Assembly (NCBI RefSeq): GCF_001194135.2
Contig: NC_068994.1
Location: 16,455,406 to 16,519,405, forward strand
From: Octopus bimaculoides
Taxonomy: Eukaryota
DNA length: 64,000 nucleotides
Direction of reading: 5' to 3'
Below, piece after piece: positions 52,004 through 63,352 of the stretch. Within the stretch, counting starts at the first letter, position 1, and the number at the start of each line of letters is the position of its first letter. Made by a program: the position numbers and the translations under genes. The notes beneath the pieces were generated by a model that did not search any database, had not been told where the DNA came from, and saw only the letters and a program-made list of their open reading frames with translations.

Positions 52004-53209
52004 ATCAAACTACAATAAAGAAGTGAGCAAAATAACATATGGTATCATAGGTGATGAACTCATTTTATTCATTTGTTTATTTTTACATCCATTTGTCCAT
52101 GTTAGCATGGGTTAGATGAATATATATTGAGGCATCATTTTCTTACAGCATGGTGCTCTTCCTGTCACTTACCCTTACCAAATAAGGGATTTTTTAATCT
52201 TTTTTCCATTAGAAATCAAATTAGTAAAATACGTTTGATTTCTAATTGTGACTATTTCACTTACTCCTGATAAAAGTATGAATATCTCATCATCCAAATT
52301 CAACAGGTCACCAAAAGAGACTGATAGACTAAGTACTGGAATCAATTCGTTTTACTAAAAAAAGAAAAATACCTTCACGGAAGTGCTCCAGCATGGCCGT
52401 AGTCTGATAATACGAGTAGAAGATAAGAGACTAATGATAAAAGCTCAATTATCTTGCTCCCTGCAGTCAATAAGGCTGATTACGAACCAGTGGATATTTT
52501 TGATCATGAAAGATCAAACAAACTGATTCTATGATATTAATGCATGGGGAAAAACATAATAAACATTTGTTCTTGTTTTTATTTCCATATTTAAACTCAA
52601 TCACAGATTTTTTTGATTTTTTCTCTCTCTTTCTAAAATTTTACAATGGTCAGAGTGAAGTGAACAAGAAAACTACAACAAACTAAATGTTTAATTTGTT
52701 TTCCTTCTCCATTAAATATGATTGCTAAATCCTGATTTGAAAGCAAATGTTCTAGATTACTGAAAGGACAAAAGCAAAAACAAACACAGAAAGAAAAACC
52801 CCAGTTGACATATCCATTGATTTTTTTTTTATGTCTCTTTGTGATTTTATTTCTATCATTTAATAAACTAGTGGGTTTACAGTAATCTCTCAGTGTAACT
52901 ATGTAACAGAGTATATTTTCTTTATTAGATTATTGTATTGATTTATGGCTCAATATGTTTGTGGGCTTATTTTTAAGTGGCTGTTTGTGATAGAAACAAA
53001 GGGATATGACAAATATTCATGTACATGGCTTAGTAATGTTCTTTGTGTTTTCATAGATTTCTCAATTATTCGTTGTTCCTGCTATGAGCAAATAAAGAGT
53101 TAAAATTGTCAATACAAAATATTAAACATTTAAAAGAGAAACAAAACCTCTGACAGGATTTGAACCACATATTCATTCCTTGCCAGAGAAAAACTTCATT
53201 AACAGATAA

Positions 53210-53579
53210 GGCACTCCGTCGCTTATGATGTTGAGGGTTCCAGTTGATCCGATCAACGGAACAGCCTGCTCGTGAAATTAACGTGCAAGTGGCTGAGCAC
53301 TCCACAGACACGTGTACCCTTAACGTAGTTCTCAGGGATATTCAGCGTGACACAGTGTGACAAGGCTGACCCTTTGAATTACAGGCACAACAGAAACAGG
53401 AAGTAAGAGTGAGAGAAAGTTGTGGTGAAAGAGTACAGCAGGGTTCACCACCATCCCCTGCCGGAGCCTCATTGAGCTTTAGGTGTTTTCGCTCAATAAA
53501 CACTCACAACGCCCGGTCTGGGAATCACAACCGCGATCGTATGACCGCGAGTCCGCTGCCACTGGGCCATTGTGCCTCC
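53210..53579 (-). mobile_element. Family C SINE
   Basis: Near-identical to the 14304 and 26659 copies. Imperfect TSD CATTAA(C/A)AGATA. Confidence 0.85.
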
Positions 53580-53849
53580 ACCATTAAAAGATACACTACA
53601 CAATACCAGCAAATCACTCTATCTGGAATTATGTACTAAAATCTAATTTTTCTGCTACTTTATTTAACTTTTATTTCAGTTTTACAATTCTATTTTTAAT
53701 TTTATTACCACTTTTTCCAACATACAAGTAAACATAGTATAACAATTAAACTTATAGTGTAAACATTCAAGCATTGTCGTTATATTTACAAATCCTGCTG
53801 CATTACACATGGAATTTTTGGTCTTCCAAAGTCATGGCAGTATATAATT

Positions 53850-54353
53850 TGACCTACCATTTTTGGCTGTAAATTTTGGTCTGAAAATTTTCATTTGTAT
53901 GCTAGGAAATATGGCATTCTTATTGAATTCATAGAAAAGGAGGTTGAGAAGGAGGTTATGGAAGAGGTGGAAGAGATAGAAGCAAGCGTACTAGAGAACC
54001 TTTTTGGACAGCAAAGAGAAGAAACAGTGACACTAACCGGAATGGAGGAGGTGGCGCCAAGAGTGGAACATGGTAAACAAGCAAGAAGACAAAGAAAACA
54101 TAGCTGGAATTTCATGACATATGCTAAAAGCATATATACCGAAAGTGTGATAACCAAGCTTAAATCCGTTATAAGGGTTAAGTTGCCCAAGGAAATGTAC
54201 GGTGAAACCGTAAAAGCTTTTCTAATTGATAAAGAAAAATATAACAAGTTGGAGGAAAAGTGTCAAATTGAGAAGCCAGGATTTGTGGTGGAATTCAATG
54301 AACTGCTGCCAGTAATAGAATTAAGTGAATTAGATCCTTACATAAGATATTAA
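53850..54353 (+). other. Orphan Glu/Lys-rich open reading frame (about 152-168 codons), product unknown
   Basis: Uninterrupted non-repetitive frame with a purine-rich coding-like bias in otherwise stop-rich DNA. No family recognised. Confidence 0.4.
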
Positions 54354-55922
54354 AAATAAAGAGAATAAAATGGTTTTAAAAATAAGAAGAAAAACAAGCA
54401 AACAAAATGATGCTAATAGTAAAAAAAAATAAGGAAAAAAGAAAAAGATTACAAACTGAAAATAAGAACGTTCAAATGGTACTGCATGTGGTACCTCAAT
54501 TACTTTATCAACCCATTTCTCACCAAAGAGTATACCCATGCCCCCAACCCCATCAGTTCCCTACCCAGAAGATCTGTGAGGAACCTAGCAGAACCGCCTC
54601 TCCACCTTACCTCTTGGATGCATCACAAATGTACACACCTCCGTTCAAGCATCTCAACAATTTCACCAGACCTACCTTTCAATGTGCCAACTCTGAGGGT
54701 GTGGGCCGGCAAGACCAGCGATGGGAGACACCATTTTGCCTCTGAAAAGAAAGCTCGCATGTGCATTTGGTAGACATCATAAACATACAGACAGGCCTCA
54801 ACCTGCATACATTTCACCGTCATTTTATTTTATTTGCTTCACAATCACTACGTTTACCAAGATAAAGACACTAGATAGGGATGGAGGGCAGGAAAAGGGG
54901 AGAGAGCCTTCCGTATAGGCAACTATTAGAGGTGCTAGGAGAAAGGCTTCTGGTAGAGGTTAGAAGAGAAAGACTTCTGGTACAGGTGGCAGGGGTAGGT
55001 TGAGAGGGCACACCACAAATGATGAGAGACTATAGATGCCCTATTCTCTAGCTAAAGGCGATGTGACATATCCACAGACAAAACAAAAACTGTTAATTAA
55101 CAACCAGCATGGGAAAGCAAGGACACAGACATAGTTTGGACAACTGAAAATATCATGGGTAACAAAACTGACAGGGAGAGAGATGAAATTTTTGAGAATT
55201 AGGGCTACAGTAGAGGAAACAATAGAACATTTGATTAAGATAGTGGGTAACAAAACAAATGAAGAGATGGAATTTTTGAGATTTAGAGCAACAGTAAACA
55301 GAATTGAAAAATTGGGTTTCTTAACTTCACTATGACATACAGCATAGAATAATAATAATAATTGTGATGATAAAGTGAGAGAGAATCGAACATTGGATTT
55401 TTTTACTATAATAATAATTATGATGATAAAGCATGTAAAAAACAAAATGTGTTATTTACTTACGTTAAAAAATAACATTTATTGCCACATTAGTATCATA
55501 CATATTACATATGCATTTTTGCTAATGCTTCTTTCATTTTTCTTTCACAACATATAATGGTATTTGTATTCAGTTGTGAAAACTACTTGTTAATAAAATA
55601 AATAGCAATTAAATATTTTCAGTAATTTCTTCAACTTTTTTTCAGCCAAGATCTGACTTCTTTTTCTTCTTCTTCATTGTCATCATCATGATTTCAGGAA
55701 TCAAATTTGTGAGTCTTTTTCAAATTTGATTCCCAAAATGGTGATGGTGATGATCCTAGCTGAATCAATTCCCTCAATTATGCAGCAAATGCCTTTGAGA
55801 AAGATATGAACATCTAGCCATCTCCTTTGCCAATAAATCTATAGTCTATAGAAAAACTTTAAAAAAAAAATGACAGCTATCTTCAGGAGGACAACAGCAT
55901 AGCAAAAATGGGCAAGTTTTAC

Positions 55923-55928
55923 TTTATT
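55923..55928 (-). promoter_or_regulatory. Candidate poly(A) signal of the minus-strand membrane-protein gene
   Basis: AATAAA on the minus strand about 270 nt after the stop codon. Position only. Confidence 0.3.
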
Positions 55929-56196
55929 TACATTCATCTTTGTAATATCAATAGTCAAATTCCACTGAGTTTTTCCATAATAAGTAGCAGTTATATATTG
56001 TGGTGGACGCCCCCAGGTGAGAAGTGGGCTGGTCCACTACTAATAAATAGTGGACAGACTCAGTAAGTAGTGTCAGTCAGTGAGGTATTTTTTTGTTTTT
56101 TTGTTGTTGTGGCAGATTGATTAAATTATCTGATCTTCTTTCCTTTATGGCCTGGTCCTATAACAATATACAAAATCAGTAAAGACCCTTTAAATT

Positions 56197-56783
56197 TTAG
56201 AACTTAGTAGAAATTTCCAGCTCCTCTCCTTCTGTGTTATCATCTTTTCCATGGTCAATTGTTTTAATCGAATGCAAAGAAGAAGGCCTGCGAATATTAG
56301 TGAAATCATTAGCATCATTGTGTTGTGGGTTCTCTTCAAAAGGAAGCATACTGCATTTCCTTTTGTTTTTTACTTTTGAACAACGACATTTCAGAGTAAA
56401 TATATCAAGTGCAACCACAAGTGCAAATATAGATATCATAATAATTATACCCAATGTTCCAATTGAGATGGACGAAACTCTGTTGTCTTCTATGCTGATT
56501 TTCTTCAAGGTTTTTGCCTTATCTTTAAGTCGCTGGTTCATACTTTGCATATCGGCCAACAGCTCATCTATTGAAGTGTTTTTATCATCCAAAGAACTTG
56601 ACGAGGAAGTAGGCCAGAAAACACTGCTGCTTGAGAGAACAAGAGTTACGCTCATGTTGTCAAAGCATATTTCTGTGCAGTAAAGTAATTTACTTGTTTC
56701 TAACGAAAGCAATGTGAAACTTGTTGAAAGTTGAACTGGTTCAGAAGTCGAAGGCCATAAAGTGAAAGGAAACAATGAAGATT
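56197..56783 (-). CDS. Terminal coding exon of an uncharacterised single-pass (type I-like) membrane protein
   Basis: Minus-strand acceptor T-run-CAG| at 56784. Open frame with an S/T-rich stalk, C-x3-C, a coiled-coil-like segment (DELLADMQSMNQRLK), the motif KKISIEDNRVSSISIGTLG, a hydrophobic helix (IGTLGIIIMISIFALVVALD), a basic/Cys stop-transfer segment (KCRCSKVKNKRK) and TAA. This resembles a C-terminal module common in molluscan membrane proteins. Confidence 0.8.
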
Positions 56784-56842
56784 CTGAAAAAAAAAAAATG
56801 TAAATGAATATATATTCAAATATACATATGAATGTATACATA

Positions 56843-57357
56843 GGCACAGGAGTGGCTGTGTGGTAAGTAGCTTGCTTACCAACCGCATGGTTCCAGGTTC
56901 ATTCCCACTGCATGGCACCTTGGGCAAGTGTCTTCTACTATAGCCTCGGGCCGACCAAAGCCTTGTGAGTAGATTTGGTAGATGGAAACTGAACTGAAAG
57001 AAGCCCATCATATATATGTATATATATATATATATATATATNNNNNNNNNNNNNNNNNNNNNNNNNNNNNNNNNNNNNNNNNNNNNNNNNNNNNNNNNNN
57101 NNNNNNNNNNNNATATATACATATATATATATGTGTGTGTGTGTGTGTGTATATGTTTGTGTGTCTGTGTTTGTCCCCCCAACATTGCCTGACAACTGAT
57201 ATTGGTGTGTTTACGTCCCCGTAACTTAGCGGTTCAGCAAAAGAGACTGATAGAATAAGTACTAGGCTTCCAAAGAATAAGTCCTGGGGTCGATTTGCTC
57301 GACTAAAGGCGGTGCTCCAGCATGGCCACAGTCAAATGACTGAAACAAGTAAAAGAG
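56843..57357 (+). mobile_element. Family B SINE with an assembly gap in its internal microsatellite
   Basis: Same consensus on both sides of the N run. Confidence 0.8.
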
Positions 57358-58537
57358 TACCAAAGAGAAAGAGTAAAGAGTATACATATATATACAATCA
57401 TACATACAGATATGTTGGGTGCTGGAAAGTTCCTGGCTTTAAAGGTATTGCAAAAGGCCTGATTGGAGACCCAACCTTCCAACTTCTTTTACTGGGCTTA
57501 GAAAGCTGAAGGACTGCTGCAATAAGTGTGTGAATCTGAGAGGGGAATAGGTTGAATAAAATCATAATTAATTTATCCTCCTATNNNNNNNNNNNNNNNN
57601 NNNNNNNNNNNNNNNNNNNNNNNNNNNNNNNNNNNNNNNNNNNNNNNNNNNNNNNNNNNNNNNNNNNNNNNNNNNNNNNNNNNNNNNNNNNNNNNNNNNN
57701 NNNNNNNNNNNNNNNNNNNNNNNNNNNNNNNNNNNNNNNNNNNNNNNNNNNNNNNNNNNNNNNNNNNNNNNNNNNNNNNNNNNNNNNNNNNNNNNNNNNN
57801 NNNNNNNNNNNNNNNNNNNNNNNNNNNNNNNNNNNNNNNNNNNNNNNNNNNNNNNNNNNNNNNNNNNNNNNNNNNNNNNNNNNNNNNNNNNNNNNNNNNN
57901 NNNNNNNNNNNNNNNNNNNNNNNNNNNNNNNNNNNNNNNNNNNNNNNNNNNNNNNNNNNNNNNNNNNNNNNNNNNNNNNNNNNNNNNNNNNNNNNNNNNN
58001 NNNNNNNNNNNNNNNNNNNNNNNNNNNNNNNNNNNNNNNNNNNNNNNNNNNNNNNNNNNNNNNNNNNNNNNNNNNNNNNNNNNNNNNNNNNNNNNNNNNN
58101 NNNNNNNNNNNNNNNNNNNNNNNNNNNNNNNNNNNNNNNNNNNNNNNNNNNNNNNNNNNNNNNNNNNNNNNNNNNNNNNNNNNNNNNNNNNNNNNNNNNN
58201 NNNNNNNNNNNNNNNNNNNNNNNNNNNNNNNNNNNNNNNNNNNNNNNNNNNNNNNNNNNNNNNNNNNNNNNNNNNNNNNNNNNNNNNNNNNNNNNNNNNN
58301 NNNNNNNNNNNNNNNNNNNNNNNNNNNNNNNNNNNNNNNNNNNNNNNNNNNNNNNNNNNNNNNNNNNNNNNNNNNNNNNNNNNNNNNNNNNNNNNNNNNN
58401 NNNNNNNNNNNNTATATATATACATATAGATATAGATAGATAGATAGATAGACAATGAATAATTACAATTTAATTTAATTAGGTACTTAATTATAGGCAC
58501 CAAAGCTGTCCAGTATTTTCCACATAACTCAGGTGAA

Positions 58538-58827
58538 TAAAAAGCAAATAAGTAACAAGGATGTCCAGGTATCAATGCATTACAGCCATTTCAAGCGGCT
58601 CCATTTAATTGGTTAATGCAAACACTACATCAATTTGAAATAAACCACTCTCCTCGGATGTGTACAACCATACAGATTTCCAATGTATCCTATATGGTCA
58701 TATGCTTCCAAGAAGAGCAGTTTATTTCAAATTGATGTAATGTTTGCATTAATCGATTAAATGGAGCCGCTTGAAATGGTCGTAATGCACTAGTACCTAG
58801 GCACCCTTGTTACTTATTTGCTTTTTA
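58538..58827. repeat. Imperfect inverted repeat (arms about 108 bp, loop about 75 nt)
   Basis: CCATTTCAAGCGGCTCCATTTAAT..CATCAATTTGAAATAAAC is mirrored at 58720-58827. Confidence 0.9.
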
Positions 58828-58870
58828 GATAGAAAGATAGACAGACAGACAGATAGATAGATTATCTAAA

Positions 58871-58942
58871 GGCCCTGTGGCGCAATAGTAGTGTGTCTGA
58901 CTCTAGATCAGAAGGCTGCGAGTTTGAATCACATCAGGGTCA
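58871..58942 (+). tRNA. tRNA-Trp-derived gene or pseudogene with anticodon CTA (amber-suppressor type)
   Basis: 72 nt, colinear with eukaryotic tRNA-Trp(CCA). Has a 7-bp acceptor stem GGCCCTG/CAGGGTC, anticodon arm TCTGA-CTCTAGA-TCAGA, and a T6 terminator 6 nt downstream. The D and T arms carry several substitutions. Confidence 0.8.
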
Positions 58943-58989
58943 AATAATTTTTTATCTGAAAACATATATATATATATATATCATATATA

Positions 58990-59149
58990 TATAAACATAA
59001 TTAAGGGATCAGCAACAGTTGCTTCACCACATACTGAAGTTCAGAAATAGCAGCTAAATTGCTAAAATTTCAACAGATAGCAATACTTGTAACTCACAAA
59101 GGCAAAACAAGAAGAAGCAACTGTTGCTGATCCCTTAATTATGTTTATA
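58990..59149. repeat. Perfect 36-bp inverted repeat around an 88-nt spacer
   Basis: TATAAACATAATTAAGGGATCAGCAACAGTTGCTTC and its exact reverse complement at 59114-59149. Confidence 0.9.
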
Positions 59150-59712
59150 AATGTATAAGAACTTTTAAATAAGTTCTTCACCGATAATGGTATTTACATA
59201 CCGAAGGGCTTGGTAAAAATTATTAGTTATTAATCTATTAATAAATTAATAATCCTTTACCCTTTTATTTGTAATATATATATATATGTATATATATACC
59301 AAACAGGAGATAGGGAAAAAAACATGTGATGGTGTAATACTTGACTGAGTCCGTTTTTTGGGATAGGTCTAGTCTTACATGGGATACAGTTCTGTATCCA
59401 GTTGTGTTGTGTGATAGACCATCCAATGAGGCAGATTCAAATGCCTGTTTGAGCTTCATTTTGTTTTTAAATAGCATGAAGTTTTTTTCATTTTCACCAG
59501 TGAGGTGAGAATTTTCAGAGAGAGAGAGGAGAGTTTCTTTCAAGGAAGCTATGTCATGTCAGTTTCTTCCTATTTTTGAAGCACATGTAATCAAATTCCA
59601 ACTGAACTGAGAAGCCAACTACGTATGACTCCTACAGACAGTTATCCTCATAATGTATCCACTTGGTTCACTGTATTATTTTATTTAGTGGACGAATAAA
59701 GTGTCACAATGT

Positions 59713-60049
59713 GGAGGCGCAATGGCCCAGTGGTTAGGGCAGTGGACTCGCGGTCATAGGATCGCGGTTTCGATTCCCAGACCGGGCAGGGGATGGTGGT
59801 GAACCCTGCTGTACTCTTTCACCACAACTTTCTCTCACTCTTACTTCCTGTTTCTGTTGTGCCTGTAATTCAAAGGGTCAGCCTTGTCACACTGTGTCAC
59901 GCTGAATATCCCCGAGAACTACGTTAAGGGCACACGTGTCTGTGGAGTGCTCAGCCACTTGCACGTTAATTTCACAAGCAGGCTGTTCCGTTGATTGGAT
60001 CAACTGGAACCCTCGATGTCGTAAGCGATGGAGTGCCAACAACAGCAAC
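59713..60049 (+). mobile_element. Family C SINE with an internal deletion of about 50 bp
   Basis: TSD AAAGTGTCACA. The deletion joins CCGGGC to AGGGGATGG at a GGC microhomology. Confidence 0.85.
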
Positions 60050-60239
60050 AAAGTGTCACAGTTCATGAAAGCTCATTTGTATTTCTTTCCACCGTTTTAT
60101 ACACCACTCCTGGGAAACAAGAATTTGTTATGCGAGGGCCAGAGACACGCTTCATACCAGCTAAAATGTATTCTGACATGGTCACAATATCTATAAAAGA
60201 GAATACACAATTTAGTTTGTGTTATGTTATCAAACTTAC

Positions 60240-60302
60240 CTATAACGGGATGATAGCTTTCTGATAGGAAGTCTGATGATGGTACAGCAACTTCATCTGT
60301 CA
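60240..60302 (-). CDS. 63-nt internal coding exon of the same membrane-protein gene (xTDEVAVPSSDFLSESYHPVI)
   Basis: Minus strand CTTTGTAG|...ATAG|GTAAGT. Phase 1-1 with no stop, joining the 56783 exon in frame (G+AA = Glu). Further upstream exons were not identified. Confidence 0.65.
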
Positions 60303-60976
60303 CTACAAAGACAAGATATTTGGGTTTTTTATTCATTAATGACATTTTTATTCATTAATGACATTTTTATTTATTAATGATATGGAAGAGATTTTATATG
60401 ATCTTTTGTTTGAATAAAATCTGTTAGGTTTTATTGTATGTTTTATTTGTTTCAGTCATTGGACTGCAGCCATGCTGTGTCACAGCCTTAAAGGGTTTAG
60501 TTGAACAAATTGACCCCATTACTAAATTTTTTTCAAGTTCTATCAGTCACTTTTGCTGAAATGCTAAGTTATGGAGAAGTAAACAAACCAGCATTGGTTA
60601 TCAAGTGATGATAGTGAGACAAATACAAACACAAAGACATACACACACGCATACGCATGTACATGCATATGCACACACACATGCACACGCGCACGTGCGT
60701 GCACACACACACACACACAAATATGAGACAAACTTCCATGCAATTTCTGTCTACCAAATACACTCACAAGGCACTGGTCAGTCTGAGGTAATAGTAGAAG
60801 ACACATGCCCAAGGTGCCACATACTGGGATTGAACCCAAAACCAAGTGGTTGCAAAATGATTTTCTTTCTTAGCCAAACAGTCATATTGATTGAGGGCTA
60901 AATCAGTGGTTTTCAACCAGGGTCCATATGGCCCTTGGAGGGCCATATAAGATTTTGTTGTTAAAATTTATCTGCA

Positions 60977-61380
60977 ATAAATTTGTTAGGCATGGCTGTG
61001 TGGTAAGAAGCTTGCTTCTCTACCACATGGTTCTGGGTTCAGTCCCACTGTGTGACACCTTGGGCAAGTGTCTTCTACTATAGCCTCAGGTCAACCAAAG
61101 CCTTGTGAGTGGATCTGGAAGATGGAAACTGAAAGAAGCTCATTGTGTATATATATACATACATATATATGTATGTATGTATCTATGTGTGTGTGTCTTT
61201 GTGCTTGTTCTCCCATCACTTCTTAAGAACCAGTGTTGGAGTGTTTACATCCCTGTAACTTATCAGTTTGGCAAAAGAGGCTGATAAAATAAGTACACGG
61301 CTTAAAAATAAGTCCTAGGTCGATTTGTTTGACTAAAACCCTTCAAGGTGGTGCTCCGAAACCATTAAAAGAATAAAAGA
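60977..61380 (+). mobile_element. Older, diverged family B SINE
   Basis: Head, body, microsatellite and tail are all recognisable. Confidence 0.75.
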
Positions 61381-61794
61381 AAAAAAATTCACAAAAAAAA
61401 ATTACTGTTGGATGAACATGACCTGTCAAGTTTTTCCCTTTTCTTTTTTCTTTTTTTGGGGGGTGTAAATTTTGGGAAAATGCAAAATAAATGAATGATG
61501 GATAATATATCTGACTACCAACACACAAGTCGTGATTTGATTTGATGTTATTGTTTAGCCCCAAATCAAATCTGATTGAACAAACCTAGGATCCCAAATT
61601 TTCCAATCATGGCCATTACATCATCATCTTCTCATGTAACACAATGCTATTTAACACTCTTGTTTGTTTCTATATTTCCATTGAAATACATTGATTTTGT
61701 TGCAATTGATTTTGAAAATAATAAAGAATTCAGCAAACCAACTTTCTGTTCACTCTGCGAAGCTCATGATGTGTGTGTGTGTGTTTGTGGTGGG

Positions 61795-62204
61795 GAGGAG
61801 TGATCATGAACCAGAGGCTGTGAGAGAAAATGAGAATTACAAGATCTTGTGGGAATTCACCATAAAGACTGACCATAATATTGAAGCAAAAATACCAGAC
61901 ATAATTATAGAGGATAAAACAATCAAATTGTAAGATCATAGATTTTGCAATTCCCTATGATAGCAGAGTCAATACCAAAGAAATCGAAAAAAAAATTGAG
62001 AAATACGAAGACCTAGCCAGAGAGTAGAGGAAACTGTGGATGACCAAGACAACAATTATTCCTGTAGTAATTGGTGCACTTGGTATAATCAAAGTGCTAC
62101 CTAAAAGACTGAAAGAAATTGGAATTGAAACTCGCATTGTTGATCAACAGAAAAGTACCATCCTATATTCTGCAAGAATCCTGAGAAAGAATCTTGAGAT
62201 TTGA
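61795..62204 (+). mobile_element. 3' end of an RLE-type (R4/Dong-like) non-LTR retrotransposon
   Basis: HEPEAVRENENYKILWEF..KIPDIII, frameshift, IIDFAIPYD..KIEKYEDL..IIPVVIGALG..ILYSARILRK (PD-(D/E)xK endonuclease). Confidence 0.85.
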
Positions 62205-62434
62205 GGAGATTTGTTGTCACCAAACTTCAAGATAAGACACCTGCTAACTAAATTAGTATGTACTGATGGCGGTGGTGGTAATGGTGGTGGCTGTCGTGGT
62301 GAACTTGGAGGGTTCAGGGTGGGGCAGTGCCCATTCAAGTGACCATCCAGGTTCATATTCAGAGAAAAGTTTGTGCCAGTTTATGACTTTTCAACCCCAG
62401 GTTGGCTAAAACCATGAGAGACATAAGAAGCTTC

Positions 62435-63290
62435 ATTCTGTCATGAAGGAGAGCAAAAAATTTACTAATGAGTTCATGCATAATACCCAGGTTGAACAGC
62501 ATGATGGAAGTGTAGCAACTGTTGTTGAAAAAAAGGTGAAATCAATGGCAAAGCAAAAAGCATTTGAACAATTGGCTGATAGGTGGGAATGAAAAACACT
62601 GCATGGCAAATATGTGGCCTGTAGCAAATAAGCTGATATAGACCAGAAGCACACCCATCAGTGGCTACTGAGCTCAGGGCAAAAGGCAGAGAGCAAAGGC
62701 TTCATCATAGTTGCTCAAAACCAGAGCTTACTAACCTGGAAGTACTAAGTAAGCATAAGGAAAAATGGAATAAACCCAAAGTGATGATACTGCAATGATG
62801 AAATTGAAACAGTGGACCACCTAATCTCTGGATTTTAACACCAGTAGAGTATAAATCTAGGCATGACAGAGTTGGCCAATATCTACAATGGATAATATGT
62901 CAGCATTATAAAATCAAAACTGCTGGCAAATGATACAAGCAACATCCTGAGGCTATAACTGAAGGAGAAAACATAACAATTCTTTGGGGCTTTCCAGTAC
63001 ATACAGACTGGACCATCAAAGCTAATAAACCAGATATTGTTCTGAAAGACCAAAACAATAAAATCTGTTTATTGATCAATATGAGCATACCTTCTGATCA
63101 TAATATCTTGGCAAAAGAATTTGACAAGCTCAGGAAATATAAAGATTTGCTGGCTGAAATCAAAAAAATGTGGCATCTCAAGATGGTTACAATATCAGTG
63201 ATTGTAGAAGCACTTGGAATGATCAAAAAGGGAACTGAAAATTATTTGAGGATGATGCTTGGCCTATCATCCATGCAGGAAGTGCAAGAG
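62435..63290 (+). mobile_element. Second, distinct R4-like non-LTR fragment (decayed Zn knuckle plus RLE)
   Basis: LHGKY..WL..AQNQSL..ETVDHLISG..YKSRHDRV..HPEAITEGENITILW..ANKPDIVL..KLRKYKDL, with multiple stops. Confidence 0.85.
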
Positions 63291-63352
63291 AAATGTCGTG
63301 AAGCTTTTTGTCTGGTGTGCTAATGATTCTGCCATGCCCAGATGCAGTACCA

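Noticed and set aside
56234-56683. 149-aa + strand ORF
   Set aside because: Antisense shadow of the minus-strand membrane-protein exon.
11997-57509. Many 60-100-aa ORFs with recurring text such as GLLSVSIYQIHSQGFG, EDTCPRCH or RRHLPKVP
   Set aside because: Translations of family B and C SINE copies, not genes.
2475-58575. Long ORFs made of X residues (for example 8789-9955, 12278-13231, 21766-22348, 35854-36688, 57552-58575)
   Set aside because: Artefacts of N-filled assembly gaps and the flanking dinucleotide repeats. The gaps could still hide real exons.
59265-59543. 92-aa minus-strand ORF inside the membrane-protein intron
   Set aside because: No convincing splice sites or recognisable motif, and it ends in a TA repeat.
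59713-59785. tRNA-like cloverleaf heads (also at 43677 and 14610-14683)
   Set aside because: They continue directly into SINE bodies with TSDs and lack a paired acceptor stem and terminator, so they are SINE heads rather than tRNA genes.
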